NCBI GenBank assembly: GCA_035295105.1 | Contig: DATGJQ010000063.1 | Coordinates: forward strand, 3,671 to 67,670 | Source: Candidatus Acidiferrales bacterium | Lineage (GTDB): Bacteria > Acidobacteriota > Terriglobia > Acidiferrales > UBA7541 | Reading direction: 5' to 3' | DNA length: 64,000 bases | Shown: positions 8,146 through 17,725 of the stretch, in pieces | How positions within the stretch are numbered: position 1 is the stretch's first letter | Layout of the letters: each line of letters begins with the position of its first letter | The notes under the pieces: model-generated | Seen by the model: the letters and a program-made list of their open reading frames with translations, nothing else | What the model was told of the DNA's origin: nothing | Database searches by the model: none | Position numbers and translations under genes: made by a program

Positions 8146-9963
8146 ATGCGCGTACGGAAACTGTTCAAGGCTAGCGTTCCGAGTATGGTGGCGTTCGCCG
8201 CAATTTGCGCGATCAGTCCGTCCATTCGCGCTCAGAATCAATCAAGCCCTGCCGCCAAAGCGCCGAGCCAAGCCGCGAGCCAAACTTGCCCGCACGATGA
8301 CAGCGGATTGAAACTGCCCGCTGGTTTTTGCGCCACTGTTTTTGCCGACGGCATTGGCCACGCCCGCCAAATGGTTGTGGCGCCGGACGGAGTTCTTTAT
8401 GTGAATACGTGGTCCGGCCCGTATTACGGCAAGGCACCGGTACACCCCGGCGGATTTCTCGTTGCACTGCAAGACAAGAACGGCGCGGGAAAAGCCGACG
8501 TCATCGAGCGTTTTGGCGAAACCGTCCAGACGGGAGGAGCCGGAGGAACGGGGATTGGATTGTATCGCGGCGCGCTGTACGCGGAGATCAACGACCGCAT
8601 CGTGAAATATCCGCTGGCCGCGGGAACCATCGCACCCAGCGGAGCAGGCGTGACCGTGGTCTCCGAGTTGCCGCTGGGCGGCGACCATCCGATGCATCCC
8701 TTCATCATCGACGCCCAGGGATCAATGTACGTGGACGTGGCCACCGCGACAAATTCCTGCCAGGTGAAAAATCGCACCTTCAAATCGCCCGGCGTGCAGC
8801 CCTGCACGGAACTGGAAACCCGTGGCGGAGTTTGGCGCTATGACGCCAGCAAAACGAATCAAACCTTCGCTCCGAAGGACCGCTTCGCCACTGGAATTCG
8901 CAACGCGGAGGGGATGGCCATCGGCGCCGATGGGCAACTGTTTGTGACGCAACACGGGCGCGACGAGCTGCACACCAATTGGCCCGATCTCTACAAACCG
9001 GATGAGGAAGCGACACTCCCAGCGGAGGAGGTCGTGGCTCTGAAGCTTGGCGGAGATTACGGCTGGCCGGAGTGCTACTACGACTCGTTCCGGCAAAAGC
9101 TGGTGCTGGCCCCGGAGTACGGCGGAGACGGCGGCAACAAAACCGGAGTCTGCGCCGAGAAGATCGCCCCGGCCGCGGCATTTCCTGCACACTGGGCGCC
9201 GAACGCCATGGTTCACTACGACAAAGAGCAGTTTCCAGCGCGCTATCGTGACGGCGTGTTCATCGCCTTCCATGGTTCCTGGAATCGCGCGCCGTACCCG
9301 CAACAGGGCTACAGCGTGGTATTCCAGCCGCTGTCAGGCGCGAGCGCGTCGGGTCCCTGCGAAATATTTGCGGACGGTTTCGCCGGCTCCGTGAAATCGC
9401 CTGATGGCGCCGCGCATCGCCCGTCCGGGCTGGCGGTTGCTCCTGACGGCTCGCTTTTCGTTTCGGATGACGTGCGCGGACGGATTTACCGGATTGTATA
9501 TCGCGGCGGGGCGGATTTCAGCGCGGCGAAACTTACCCCGTGCCCGAGCGCGACTGCCGCTCCCGGCAGGATCGCCGAGGCCTCGGCCGAACCTCCAGAA
9601 GGCATCCATCCGGATGCCGGCGCGGCCGCAAAATCGGGCGCCCCGCTTCCCGCGGGCGTGACGCCGGAAATGATTGCGCTGGGCAATCGAGTTTTCCACG
9701 GGCAGGTCGCCGGAGCAGCGTGCGCGGGCTGCCACGGCGCGAGCGGGCAGGGTTCGCCCGTTGGACCGAATCTCAGCGGCAAAGACTGGCTCTGGAGCGA
9801 CGGCAGCTACGACGGAATCAAGAAAACGATCACGGCCGGCGTGCCGGAGCCGAAGGAATTTCGCAGCGCGATGCCGGCGATGGGCGGCACGCAACTGACT
9901 CCTGAACAAATCTCGGCGGTCGCGGCGTATGTGTGGAGTTTGAGCCACCGGGCTGCGAGATAA
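8146..9963 (+). CDS. PQQ-dependent sugar (sorbosone/glucose-type) dehydrogenase fused to a C-terminal c-type cytochrome domain
   Basis: Signal peptide, then beta-propeller motifs (GGDHPMHPF, GIRNAEGMAIGADGQLFVTQHGRDEL, GGDYGWPECYYD). The C-terminal ~100 aa carry the haem site CAGCHG and MPAMGG. Confidence 0.8.
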   Translation: MRVRKLFKASVPSMVAFAAICAISPSIRAQNQSSPAAKAPSQAASQTCPHDDSGLKLPAGFCATVFADGIGHARQMVVAPDGVLYVNTWSGPYYGKAPVHPGGFLVALQDKNGAGKADVIERFGETVQTGGAGGTGIGLYRGALYAEINDRIVKYPLAAGTIAPSGAGVTVVSELPLGGDHPMHPFIIDAQGSMYVDVATATNSCQVKNRTFKSPGVQPCTELETRGGVWRYDASKTNQTFAPKDRFATGIRNAEGMAIGADGQLFVTQHGRDELHTNWPDLYKPDEEATLPAEEVVALKLGGDYGWPECYYDSFRQKLVLAPEYGGDGGNKTGVCAEKIAPAAAFPAHWAPNAMVHYDKEQFPARYRDGVFIAFHGSWNRAPYPQQGYSVVFQPLSGASASGPCEIFADGFAGSVKSPDGAAHRPSGLAVAPDGSLFVSDDVRGRIYRIVYRGGADFSAAKLTPCPSATAAPGRIAEASAEPPEGIHPDAGAAAKSGAPLPAGVTPEMIALGNRVFHGQVAGAACAGCHGASGQGSPVGPNLSGKDWLWSDGSYDGIKKTITAGVPEPKEFRSAMPAMGGTQLTPEQISAVAAYVWSLSHRAAR

Positions 9964-10019
9964 ACACCACGCTTTGTTTTTGTGGCACAGCGACTCTTTA
10001 CTCTGCTTCGGAGGCGCCC

Positions 10020-10352
10020 ATGTACGCAAGAGTCTGGAAAGCCGCGGTTCTCCCCGGAAAAGTCGCGGAATTTGACGCGGTTCTGAAATCCATCGTTCCG
10101 ATCTGGCGGCAGTTCGCGGGATTTCGCAGCCTGACGGTGCTGCGAACCGGTCCCGGCGAAATGCTGGAAGCGACCGTCATTTCCACGTGGGAAACGCTGG
10201 ATGCGCTGCGGAACAGCGAGAGCGGAGCGTTTCGGGAGGCAGTGGCCCGCGCTCTGTCGCTGTGCGACCGGCATCCCACCCTGCGCGAAGAAGAAGTGGT
10301 GGTGAACGAGTTTGCGGTACCGGATTCGTCCACGATGACGGCGATCCACTAG
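10020..10352 (+). CDS. antibiotic-biosynthesis-monooxygenase (ABM)-like small protein
   Basis: MYARVWKAAVLPGKVAEFDAVLKSIVPIWRQFAGFRSLTVLRTG...ATVISTWETLDALRNSE fits the ~100-aa ferredoxin-like ABM pattern. The upstream part of the track ORF overlaps the preceding gene's end. Confidence 0.55.
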   Translation: MYARVWKAAVLPGKVAEFDAVLKSIVPIWRQFAGFRSLTVLRTGPGEMLEATVISTWETLDALRNSESGAFREAVARALSLCDRHPTLREEEVVVNEFAVPDSSTMTAIH

Positions 10353-10411
10353 CTTCAGAATCGCGCCCGACACATGGTTGCTTCAAAAATGGGCCGGCGA
10401 GCGAGGCCAGC

Positions 10412-11431
10412 TTATTCCGCTGTCGAAATAGACTGAAGTAGTTTCATCTTCAATGCGCTCGCACCATCGCGGTACTCGACCAAACGGAGGTCTGTGCTGT
10501 CCAGCCCGGAAATTCCAAATATCATTCCCGTTCTACCAGCGCCGAGGTCGACCACGTTCCGGAGATCTGGTAATCCACTCTCAATGCCGTCGTAGGGTGA
10601 AGTTCGTTTCTCAACAGCCAAAATGCGAAACGTTGGCAGCGGTGTGATCCAGGCGGCCAATACGTAAGAAGGCGTGTTTTTTGGCTCCCGGCCCGATTTC
10701 CATTCCGCACGCGCGTAGTAGCGAAGGCTTCCGTCCGCAAGCTGAAATGGTTGCACTTGGAAAGCAGGAGAGATATTCGCCGCCGCGAGTCGTTCCGCTT
10801 CTGTCGCCTCTGCTTTCATACGCTGATTCAGAAGCTCGGCTATTTGGGTTTCCACGTCATACCGAACCGGCTCGCCGGTCAGATTTGCATACTTGAGATT
10901 CTCGGCCTTTGTGCTCGTCGTAACTGCGGCGGTTCCCGATTCCTGATGGCGTCGAACTGCATAGTATTCTTTCGCGAATTTTAGAGCGTCGCCATTCTCT
11001 ACGGTACCGAGAGCTCCGATAAACGAGTCGTTGCCAACCTGTTCATCGGTTTCGCAGCCGACCAAGGTCGTGAGCTTGATCGTGGCGATCACTCCATTAC
11101 CCAATATCAGGTCGTAACGGTCGCCGATGGCGAAGTGTTCAGCATTCGGGAGTTCTTGAAAGCGCGCAATATAGCTGGCAGGAAGCTCCACCGGAGCGAA
11201 GAACGCGGCCGCTACCGGAGTCGCGATCTTGGTGCTGACCGGTGCGGTCGTGCCTTCAAATTTCACGGCATCAAAATACACCACGACGCGATTCCCGTCA
11301 TAGCGGCCGGCCAGCCAGAATCGCTCCGGCGTGGCCTGTCCGGACATCGGCAGAGTGTGCAAGCAGAGCATCCCGATCACAAACACCAATAGACGCAGCG
11401 AGCCGAATTTGCACTTGTGACCGGGAATCAT
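10412..11431 (-). CDS. hypothetical exported protein (orphan)
   Basis: ATG 11431 has GGAGGA 11 nt upstream (track ORF start 11506). Signal-like GSLRLLVFVIGMLCLHTLPMSGQA. No recognisable domain. Visibly AT-richer than its neighbours. Confidence 0.55.
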   Translation of the reverse strand: MIPGHKCKFGSLRLLVFVIGMLCLHTLPMSGQATPERFWLAGRYDGNRVVVYFDAVKFEGTTAPVSTKIATPVAAAFFAPVELPASYIARFQELPNAEHFAIGDRYDLILGNGVIATIKLTTLVGCETDEQVGNDSFIGALGTVENGDALKFAKEYYAVRRHQESGTAAVTTSTKAENLKYANLTGEPVRYDVETQIAELLNQRMKAEATEAERLAAANISPAFQVQPFQLADGSLRYYARAEWKSGREPKNTPSYVLAAWITPLPTFRILAVEKRTSPYDGIESGLPDLRNVVDLGAGRTGMIFGISGLDSTDLRLVEYRDGASALKMKLLQSISTAE

Positions 11432-11511
11432 CGGCGCAGCATCCTCCACACGGTTACGAATCGCAAGCACAAAGCGTTCACGTGAATTGCGCACGTATTG
11501 TCGCAAAAGGG

Positions 11512-12696
11512 CTACGTGGGCTTTTCAAATGTAGGGGAAAGCTGGCGCAGACGTTCGATGACCCGGGGAATTGTTTCCAGCGCGAAGTCGATTTCATCCT
11601 CGCTGGTTTGGTGCCCGAGACTCAGGCGCAGCGTTGCGCGGGCATCTTCTGGGGCCAGGCCCAGCGCCATCAGCACGTGCGACGGTTCGACGGCGCCGGA
11701 TGAACAGGCTGCGCCCGTGGAACAGGCAATGCCCTTCAGGTCCAGCGCGATGACCATGGATTCGCCTTCGATGAACGGGAACGTCAGGTTGGAAGTGTTG
11801 GGAACTCGTCGTGCGCGCGCGCCGTTCACCCAGGCGTGCGGGACGCGAGCGAGAAGGCCGTGCTCGAGGCGATCGCGCAGGGCGCCGATGCGCTCGCTTT
11901 CTGGAATGAGCCCGTCGCGCGCGAGTTCGGCCGCTTTGCCCATGCCCGCGATGGCGGCTACGTCCTCTGTGCCCGGACGCCGGTCGCGTTCCGAATGGCC
12001 GCCGTAGAGCAGCGGCGCGAGCCTTGTTCCCTTGCGGATGTACAGCGCTCCGACGCCCTTTGGCCCGTTAATTTTGTGCGCGGAGATCGAGAGCAGATCG
12101 ACGCCGAGATCTTTTACATCGATGGGAATTTTTCCGGCGGCCTGAACCGCATCGGTATGAAAGGCGATTCCCTTGTCGGCGGCGATTCCGGCAATTCGCC
12201 CAATGTCCCCAATTTCTTTGATCGGCTCAATCGTGCCGGTCTCGTTGTTCGCCAGCATCAGGGTGATCAGCACGGTCTCCGGCCGGATCGCGTTTTTCAC
12301 ACCTTCAGGATCGACGCGGCCGTCGCGATCCACCGGGAGAATGGTCAGATCGACGCCGCTTTTTGCCAGGGCTTTGCAGGCATCAAGAACCGCGACGTGC
12401 TCGATTGCGGAGGTGATCACGTGCTTGCGGTTGCCGGGCGCGGCGGCGACCGCGCCGAGAATGGCGTGGTTATCGGATTCCGTGCCGCCGCTGGTGAACA
12501 TGATTTCCGCGGCGCGCGCCCCCACCAAGGCGGCTACCGATGAGCGGGCCTGCTCGACCGCTTCGCGCGCGTTCTGCCCGAACGCGTGAATGGAACTGGC
12601 GTTGCCGTACTCGCCCGTTAGATACGGCAGCATGGCCGCCAAAACTTCCGGGCGGATCGGCGTGGTCGCGTTGTGGTCGAGATAAATGCGCTTCAT
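11512..12696 (-). CDS. cysteine desulfurase (NifS/IscS class V aminotransferase)
   Basis: PLP-lysine motif SAHKINGPKGVGALY, FTSGGTESDN, and the active-site region GIACSTGAACSSG. 394 aa. Confidence 0.9.
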   Translation of the reverse strand: MKRIYLDHNATTPIRPEVLAAMLPYLTGEYGNASSIHAFGQNAREAVEQARSSVAALVGARAAEIMFTSGGTESDNHAILGAVAAAPGNRKHVITSAIEHVAVLDACKALAKSGVDLTILPVDRDGRVDPEGVKNAIRPETVLITLMLANNETGTIEPIKEIGDIGRIAGIAADKGIAFHTDAVQAAGKIPIDVKDLGVDLLSISAHKINGPKGVGALYIRKGTRLAPLLYGGHSERDRRPGTEDVAAIAGMGKAAELARDGLIPESERIGALRDRLEHGLLARVPHAWVNGARARRVPNTSNLTFPFIEGESMVIALDLKGIACSTGAACSSGAVEPSHVLMALGLAPEDARATLRLSLGHQTSEDEIDFALETIPRVIERLRQLSPTFEKPT

Positions 12697-12853
12697 GCGA
12701 AAAGTTCCGTGCTGTCAAGAATCAGAGACTTCGGCACCGGTTGTGGAGCACTGAATTAGCGCTGCTTGCAGAATATCGTTCGCTGGTTGGGGGGTCAAGG
12801 CTGCGCGGTCTCGGCGTTCCGCCTGCGGCGATGGGTCGCGCCAGGACAAAACC

Positions 12854-12892
12854 CCACAGGCTGAAGCCTGTGCCACTCTAAGCCTGTGCTAC
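12854..12892. repeat. REP-like hairpin (family D) plus partial second copy
   Basis: CCACAGGCTGAAGCCTGTGCCAC followed by AGCCTGTGCTAC. Same stem/loop plan as family B, with GTGG/GTAG heads on the complement. Confidence 0.75.
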
Positions 12893-13007
12893 TTACTCTA
12901 GCACTCTGCCTTGACACCGGTGTTGCCCTTCGATACGTTGCAGATGGATTAAATTGCGCGGCGCGCGTTTCGCCGTTCGCGCGCGGCGCCTGGAATGGAG
13001 ACCCTCT

Positions 13008-13799
13008 TTGGCCGATCCCATCATCACGTTGACCACGGATTTTGGCACCAGCGACCATCTCGTCGGAACGATGAAGGGCGTGATCCTGAATATCAATCCC
13101 GCGGCGCGCATTGTGGACATCAATCACAGCGTGGTTCCGTACGACATTCTGGACGGCGCGCTTTCGCTGGCCAACGCGTACAAATATTTTCCGTCGCGCA
13201 CGGTTCACGTGATCATTGTCGACCCCGGAGTGGGCACGGAACGCCGCCCGATCCTGGTCAGCGCGGAAAAGCATTTCTTCGTGGCGCCGGATAACGGCGT
13301 GCTCTCCATGATCTATGAGCGCGAGCCGTGCACTGTCCGGCACATCACCGCGGCGCACTATTTTCTGAATCCGGTGAGTCCCACGTTTCACGGGCGCGAC
13401 ATTTTCGCGCCGACCGCGGCGTGGCTCTCGAAAACATTGCAGACTGAAGCATTCGGAGAAGTCATCACCGATTTCGTGCGCTTTACCATGCCGAAGGCGA
13501 AACCCGATGGGAAAGCGGTGAAAGGCTTCGTGCTGCGGGTGGACGCGTTCGGGAATTTGATGACCAACCTGACGGCGGAGGATATCCCTATCGGCGCGCT
13601 CGACGGCGGCGCCATCAAGCTTGCCGTGAACGGAAAGCCAGTGGCCAAGTTTTCCAAAACTTTTGCCGAGGGCAATCCCGGAGAGCCGATTGCGGTGCTC
13701 GGGTCGGCCGGGTATGTGGAAATCGCCGTGAACCGCGGGCACGCCGCGCGCACGCTTGGAGCCAGTCGCGGAGCGGAAGTCGTCCTTGAGGTTGAGTAG
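13008..13799 (+). CDS. SAM hydrolase / SAM hydroxide adenosyltransferase family protein (DUF62)
   Basis: The N-terminus IITLTTDFGTSDHLVGTMKGVILNINP...IVDINH...VHVIIVDPGVGTERRPI is the family signature. TTG 13008 has GGAG 8 nt upstream. The track start 12954 would add a non-conserved Arg-rich leader. Confidence 0.85.
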   Translation: MADPIITLTTDFGTSDHLVGTMKGVILNINPAARIVDINHSVVPYDILDGALSLANAYKYFPSRTVHVIIVDPGVGTERRPILVSAEKHFFVAPDNGVLSMIYEREPCTVRHITAAHYFLNPVSPTFHGRDIFAPTAAWLSKTLQTEAFGEVITDFVRFTMPKAKPDGKAVKGFVLRVDAFGNLMTNLTAEDIPIGALDGGAIKLAVNGKPVAKFSKTFAEGNPGEPIAVLGSAGYVEIAVNRGHAARTLGASRGAEVVLEVE

Positions 13800-13870
13800 A
13801 CGTCGTCTCACAAATGGTCGTTTTAGCCGCGGCTTCAGAGGCTGCGGATAGAATCAAAACGCTGCGCTTC

Positions 13871-13912
13871 CACTTGGATCGAAGAGAGATTCTTCGCTTC
13901 GCTCAGAATGAC
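13871..13912. repeat. family H element (GTCATTCTGAGCGAAGCGAAGAATC type), single copy
   Basis: CACTTGGATCGAAGAGAGATTCTTCGCTTCGCTCAGAATGAC closely matches the reverse complement of 53055-53097. Confidence 0.8.
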
Positions 13913-13935
13913 AATCAACGTAAATTGCACGTTTT

Positions 13936-13963
13936 GTAGAGCCCGCCTGAAGGCGGGCGCTAC
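13936..13963. repeat. REP-like hairpin, family A singlet
   Basis: GTAGAGCCCGCCTGAAGGCGGGCGCTAC has a 7-bp GC stem and a TGAA loop, with a GTAG/CTAC head on both sides. Confidence 0.85.
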
Positions 13964-14021
13964 ATGTCGCGTTTCCCCACAGACTCTTTAGTGCCCGAAA
14001 CATGGATAGCGGATTGAATTC

Positions 14022-14936
14022 TCAGCGCTGCAAATCCGTGGTGATCAGAAATGCGCGGGTGCGCGGATCGAGCCAGTCGCGCAAAGCATCTCCCAGCAGA
14101 TTGAACGCGAGGACCGCAGCCATGATTCCGAGGGCTGGGAACAAGACCAGATGCGGCGCATCGAACAGGTGATTGCGCGCGTCGTTGAGCATCGCGCCCC
14201 AACTCGGCGTGGGCGCCACGACACCCAGCCCCAGGAAACTCAGCGTCGACTCCGCAAGTATGGCTCCGGCCATTCCGATGGTGGCCTGAATTAAGACGGG
14301 CTGGAGCGTGTTGGGCAGCAGGTGCCTCAGCAAAATGCGCGCGTGGGAAGCTCCGAGCGACCGCGCGGCGAGAATAAATTCCATCTCGCGCACCTTCATC
14401 ACCTGCGCGCGCGCCAGGCGCGCGTATCCCGCCCACCCGGTAATCACCAGCGCCATAATTACTTTGTCGAGCCCCGGGCCGAGGAACGCGGCAAAAGCGA
14501 TGGCCAGAAGAATTCCGGGAAACGAGAGAAACGAATTGATCAGCACGATGTTGATGAACCGGTCGAGCGCGCCGCCGAAATATCCGGAGATCGAACCGAG
14601 CGCCAGACCCACGATTCCCGCTCCGAGCACCACGGACACTCCCACCAGCAGCGAAACGCGCGCGCCGTACAGCGTGCGGGACAGCACATCGCGGCCCAGC
14701 TCGTCCGTGCCCATCCAGTGATGCGCGCTCGGCGACAGCAACCGGTCCGGCAGGCTCTGCGCCGCTGGATTGGCGGGAGAAATCCACGGCGCCAGCACCG
14801 CCAGCACCACCAACACGACGGTGACAGCGAGTCCCCAGCGGCCCAGCCCGCTGCTGCGAAGAAACTGGCGAAATGGCGAAGTGCGATTCATCAACGTGTA
14901 GCGGTCCGCATCATTGCAGCCGCACCCTGGGATCAA
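14022..14936 (-). CDS. ABC transporter permease, OppC/DppC type
   Basis: Six-TM BPD-transporter layout with the EAA-type loop (ILAARSLGASHARILLRHLLPN). N-terminal region as in DppC/OppC. Confidence 0.9.
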   Translation of the reverse strand: MIPGCGCNDADRYTLMNRTSPFRQFLRSSGLGRWGLAVTVVLVVLAVLAPWISPANPAAQSLPDRLLSPSAHHWMGTDELGRDVLSRTLYGARVSLLVGVSVVLGAGIVGLALGSISGYFGGALDRFINIVLINSFLSFPGILLAIAFAAFLGPGLDKVIMALVITGWAGYARLARAQVMKVREMEFILAARSLGASHARILLRHLLPNTLQPVLIQATIGMAGAILAESTLSFLGLGVVAPTPSWGAMLNDARNHLFDAPHLVLFPALGIMAAVLAFNLLGDALRDWLDPRTRAFLITTDLQR

Positions 14937-15831
14937 CTATCGCGTAAACCAGATCGGTCAGCAGATTTACGGCCACATACGACAGCGCGATGATCAGAAT
15001 GCAGCCCTGGAGCAGCGGATAATCGCGCGCCGAGATGGCCTGCACTGCCAGCCGCCCGATTCCCGGCCACGAAAAAATCGTTTCGGTGACGATGGTTCCG
15101 GCGAGCAGCGAACCGAATTGCAATCCCACGATGGTGATCACCGGGATCAGCGCGTTGGGAAACGCATGCCGGAACAGGACTTCCGTTTCCGTGATGCCCT
15201 TGGCGCGCGCGGTACGCACGTAATCGCTGGAAAGTTCCTCAATCATCGAGCCGCGCACCATGCGCGTGAGAATCGCCGCGAGCGCCGCGCCCAGCGTCGC
15301 GGCTGGCAAAATTAGATGACTGATCCCGCCGCGTCCCGAGACCGGCAGCCAGCCAATCTCAATCGAAAAAAGCAAAATCAGAATCGGTCCCAGCGCGAAA
15401 TTGGGCACGGAGAGGCCGAGTAAAGTGAAGAACGAAGTAGCGCGATCCGCATTGCTTCCGCGGCGGCGCGCGGAAAATACTCCCGCCGGAATCGCTATCA
15501 GGAGGCACACCGCCAGCGCCGCCAGCGACAATTCCAGCGTGGCCGGAAAACGCTGCAACACGATCGGACGCACCGGCGCGGAATAGCGCATCGATTGGCC
15601 CCAATCGCCGCGCGCCAGGCCTTCCAGATAGCGAACGTACTGGACGCCGAGCGGCTGGTCCAGCCCCAGCGAATGGCGAAGCTGCGCCAGATCCTCTACG
15701 CGCGCGTCCTGGCCGAGCATTTGCAGCACCGGATCGCCCGGCACAATGTGGATCATCAGAAAAACCATGGTGAGGATCAACCAGAGCGCGGGCAACGTGT
15801 AAAGAAGACGTTGGAGAAAATGCCGGATCAT
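14911..15831 (-). CDS. ABC transporter permease, OppB/DppB type
   Basis: MIRHFLQRLLYTLPALWLILTMVFLMIHIVPGDP, then YVRTARAKGITETEVLFRHAFPN. A classic DppB/OppB signature. Confidence 0.9.
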   Translation of the reverse strand: MIRHFLQRLLYTLPALWLILTMVFLMIHIVPGDPVLQMLGQDARVEDLAQLRHSLGLDQPLGVQYVRYLEGLARGDWGQSMRYSAPVRPIVLQRFPATLELSLAALAVCLLIAIPAGVFSARRRGSNADRATSFFTLLGLSVPNFALGPILILLFSIEIGWLPVSGRGGISHLILPAATLGAALAAILTRMVRGSMIEELSSDYVRTARAKGITETEVLFRHAFPNALIPVITIVGLQFGSLLAGTIVTETIFSWPGIGRLAVQAISARDYPLLQGCILIIALSYVAVNLLTDLVYAIVDPRVRLQ

Positions 15832-17288
15832 TTAGGTTTGGACACCCTCTCGGCGGCGGGCTTTCCTTCGGCAGGCTTTTCGGCGGGCGGCTTCCCATCG
15901 GCGGGAGCGGCCGCGCTGCCGGCCTGTGCCGGCGCCTTCACTTTTTGGATTTTCACACGCGCCACTCTGCGGCGATCCATTTCCACCACGGTGAAACGGT
16001 AGCCATCAAAATCAAAACTTTCTCCGCCGCGCGGAATGAAACCGAGCTGCGCAAGGACAAATCCCCCGACGGTCGCATACGAGCGGTCCTCCGGCAGGAC
16101 GATGCTGTACTGTGATTCCAGGTCGCGCAATCCGAGTGATGCGTCAAAGATCATGGCCGCATCCGGCCCCTGCCCGACGACCACGGGCTTCTCGACCACG
16201 TCAAACTCATCGTGAATTTCGCCGACCAGCTGTTCCAGAATATCCTCCAGCGTCAGCAAACCGAGAATGGTCCCAAACTCATCGACCACCATGGCTACCT
16301 CGCCGTGGCGGGTACGCAATTCCAGCAGCAACTCGCTCACCGGCTTGCTCTCCGGCACGAAGGCAATCTCATGCAGCAGGCTGCGAACGTTAAATTCAGC
16401 CGGCGCCCAACCCTCCTCGGAGCGTCGATCGCGATCCAGCAAAACCCACACGATGTCCTTGATGTGAATGTACCCGAGCACGTGCTCTCCCGCGCCCTCG
16501 AACACGGGCAGGCGCGAGCGCTGTGTCGTGACGAATACCCGCATCACATCGTCCAGCGTGGCGTCGGCCATAACGAAATGCACATCGGGGCGCGGCACCA
16601 TCAGCTCTCGAACCTGCATCTGGTCCAGCTCAATGGCTCCGAGGATGAGTTTTTCCTCCTCCCCGCCGACCAGCCCGCGCTCGCGCGCCTGCTGAATCTG
16701 GATTTGCAGTTCTTCGGCGGAATGCACCTGGGTGTGGCTGGAGCGTCCGGAAAACCCCAGCCCGGCAAGCACCCAGCGGCTGGCGCCGTCAAGCAGGCTG
16801 ATTGCGGGACGAAACACTTCGAGGTACCACTGGAATGGAGGCGCCACCAGAAGCGCGACGCGTTCCGCGCGCTGCAGGCTCATGCTTTTCGGAACGAGTT
16901 CGCCGAGGACTACGTGCAGCGTGGTGAGGAAAATAAACGCTACTACCAGCGACACTCCGTGAACCAGCACCGCCGTGTGGCGCCCGGGAATATCGGCGAC
17001 GAATGGGCTGAGGATCGAAGCCAGCGTCGATTCCCCGAGCGCGCCGAGTCCCAGGCTGGTAAGCGTAATCCCCACCTGAACGCCGGAGACCACGCGGTCC
17101 AGCTTGCCGGTCAGATCCAGAACGATTTTTGCGCGGAAGCCGCCCTGCTCCACGAGCTGCCGGACGCGCGAGAGCCGCACCGCCACTAGCGAAAACTCCA
17201 CGGCGGCGAAAAATCCGTTCACCAAAACCAGAGCCAGCAATCCGAGGAGTCGCAGCCCGATCAAATCAGCCAATTCCTCCGCGCTCAT
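15828..17288 (-). CDS. CNNM/TlyC-family (hemolysin-like) membrane protein: DUF21 + CBS pair + CorC_HlyC
   Basis: N-terminal 4-TM DUF21, a CBS region (VRELMVPRPDV...LPVFEGAGEHVLGYIHIKD) and a C-terminal transporter-associated domain (TVGGFVLAQLGFIPRGGESFDFDGYRFTVVEMDRRRV). Low-complexity KP/AE tail. Its stop overlaps the dppB-like start as ATGA. Confidence 0.88.
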   Translation of the reverse strand: MSAEELADLIGLRLLGLLALVLVNGFFAAVEFSLVAVRLSRVRQLVEQGGFRAKIVLDLTGKLDRVVSGVQVGITLTSLGLGALGESTLASILSPFVADIPGRHTAVLVHGVSLVVAFIFLTTLHVVLGELVPKSMSLQRAERVALLVAPPFQWYLEVFRPAISLLDGASRWVLAGLGFSGRSSHTQVHSAEELQIQIQQARERGLVGGEEEKLILGAIELDQMQVRELMVPRPDVHFVMADATLDDVMRVFVTTQRSRLPVFEGAGEHVLGYIHIKDIVWVLLDRDRRSEEGWAPAEFNVRSLLHEIAFVPESKPVSELLLELRTRHGEVAMVVDEFGTILGLLTLEDILEQLVGEIHDEFDVVEKPVVVGQGPDAAMIFDASLGLRDLESQYSIVLPEDRSYATVGGFVLAQLGFIPRGGESFDFDGYRFTVVEMDRRRVARVKIQKVKAPAQAGSAAAPADGKPPAEKPAEGKPAAERVSKPK

Positions 17289-17401
17289 TCTAGCAGTGCC
17301 GGAGCAGGCGCTGAAAGCTCGGCGCTACTTCGGTTGCCACATCACATAAAGCGGTTGTTTCGGTTTGCGAGCGTGCATTAGAATGTGGGCGGCTGGCAGC
17401 G

Positions 17402-17683
17402 ATGACCACACCAAATCCCTCAGCGATCAAGAAGCCGGATGGCGCGAAGAAGCCCGATTTCGAGGGCTCGCTCGGACGGCTCGAGGAAATTGTCGGGAAA
17501 CTTGAGAGCGCGAATCTGTCGCTGGATGAGGCCATGAAGCTGTTTGAAGAGGGCGTGCAGCTCTCGCGCGACTGCCAGAAGCACCTGGAACAGGCTGAGG
17601 GAAAAGTAGAAATTCTGCTGAAAAAAGCCGGCGGCGAGATGGCCGCCGAAGCCTTCGATCCCGAGGGCGAGGAAAACTCCTAA
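17402..17683 (+). CDS. xseB: exodeoxyribonuclease VII small subunit
   Basis: FEGSLGRLEEIVGKLESANLSLDEAMKLFEEGVQLSRDCQKHLEQAEGKVEIL is the XseB helical-hairpin signature. Confidence 0.9.
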   Translation: MTTPNPSAIKKPDGAKKPDFEGSLGRLEEIVGKLESANLSLDEAMKLFEEGVQLSRDCQKHLEQAEGKVEILLKKAGGEMAAEAFDPEGEENS

Positions 17684-17725
17684 AAGGCTGCTCGGCGGCC
17701 CCGCGCCCGCGCCTCCACCTTCCTG

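Noticed and set aside
7905-8225. 106-aa minus-strand ORF (internal ATG at 8123, MKISQLSTRYDNRILKTTL...) divergent from the PQQ-dehydrogenase gene.
   Set aside because: Its 3' half is a translation of the hairpin cluster. Only 22 nt separate it from the divergent start at 8146. It has no usable ribosome-binding spacing and no recognisable family.
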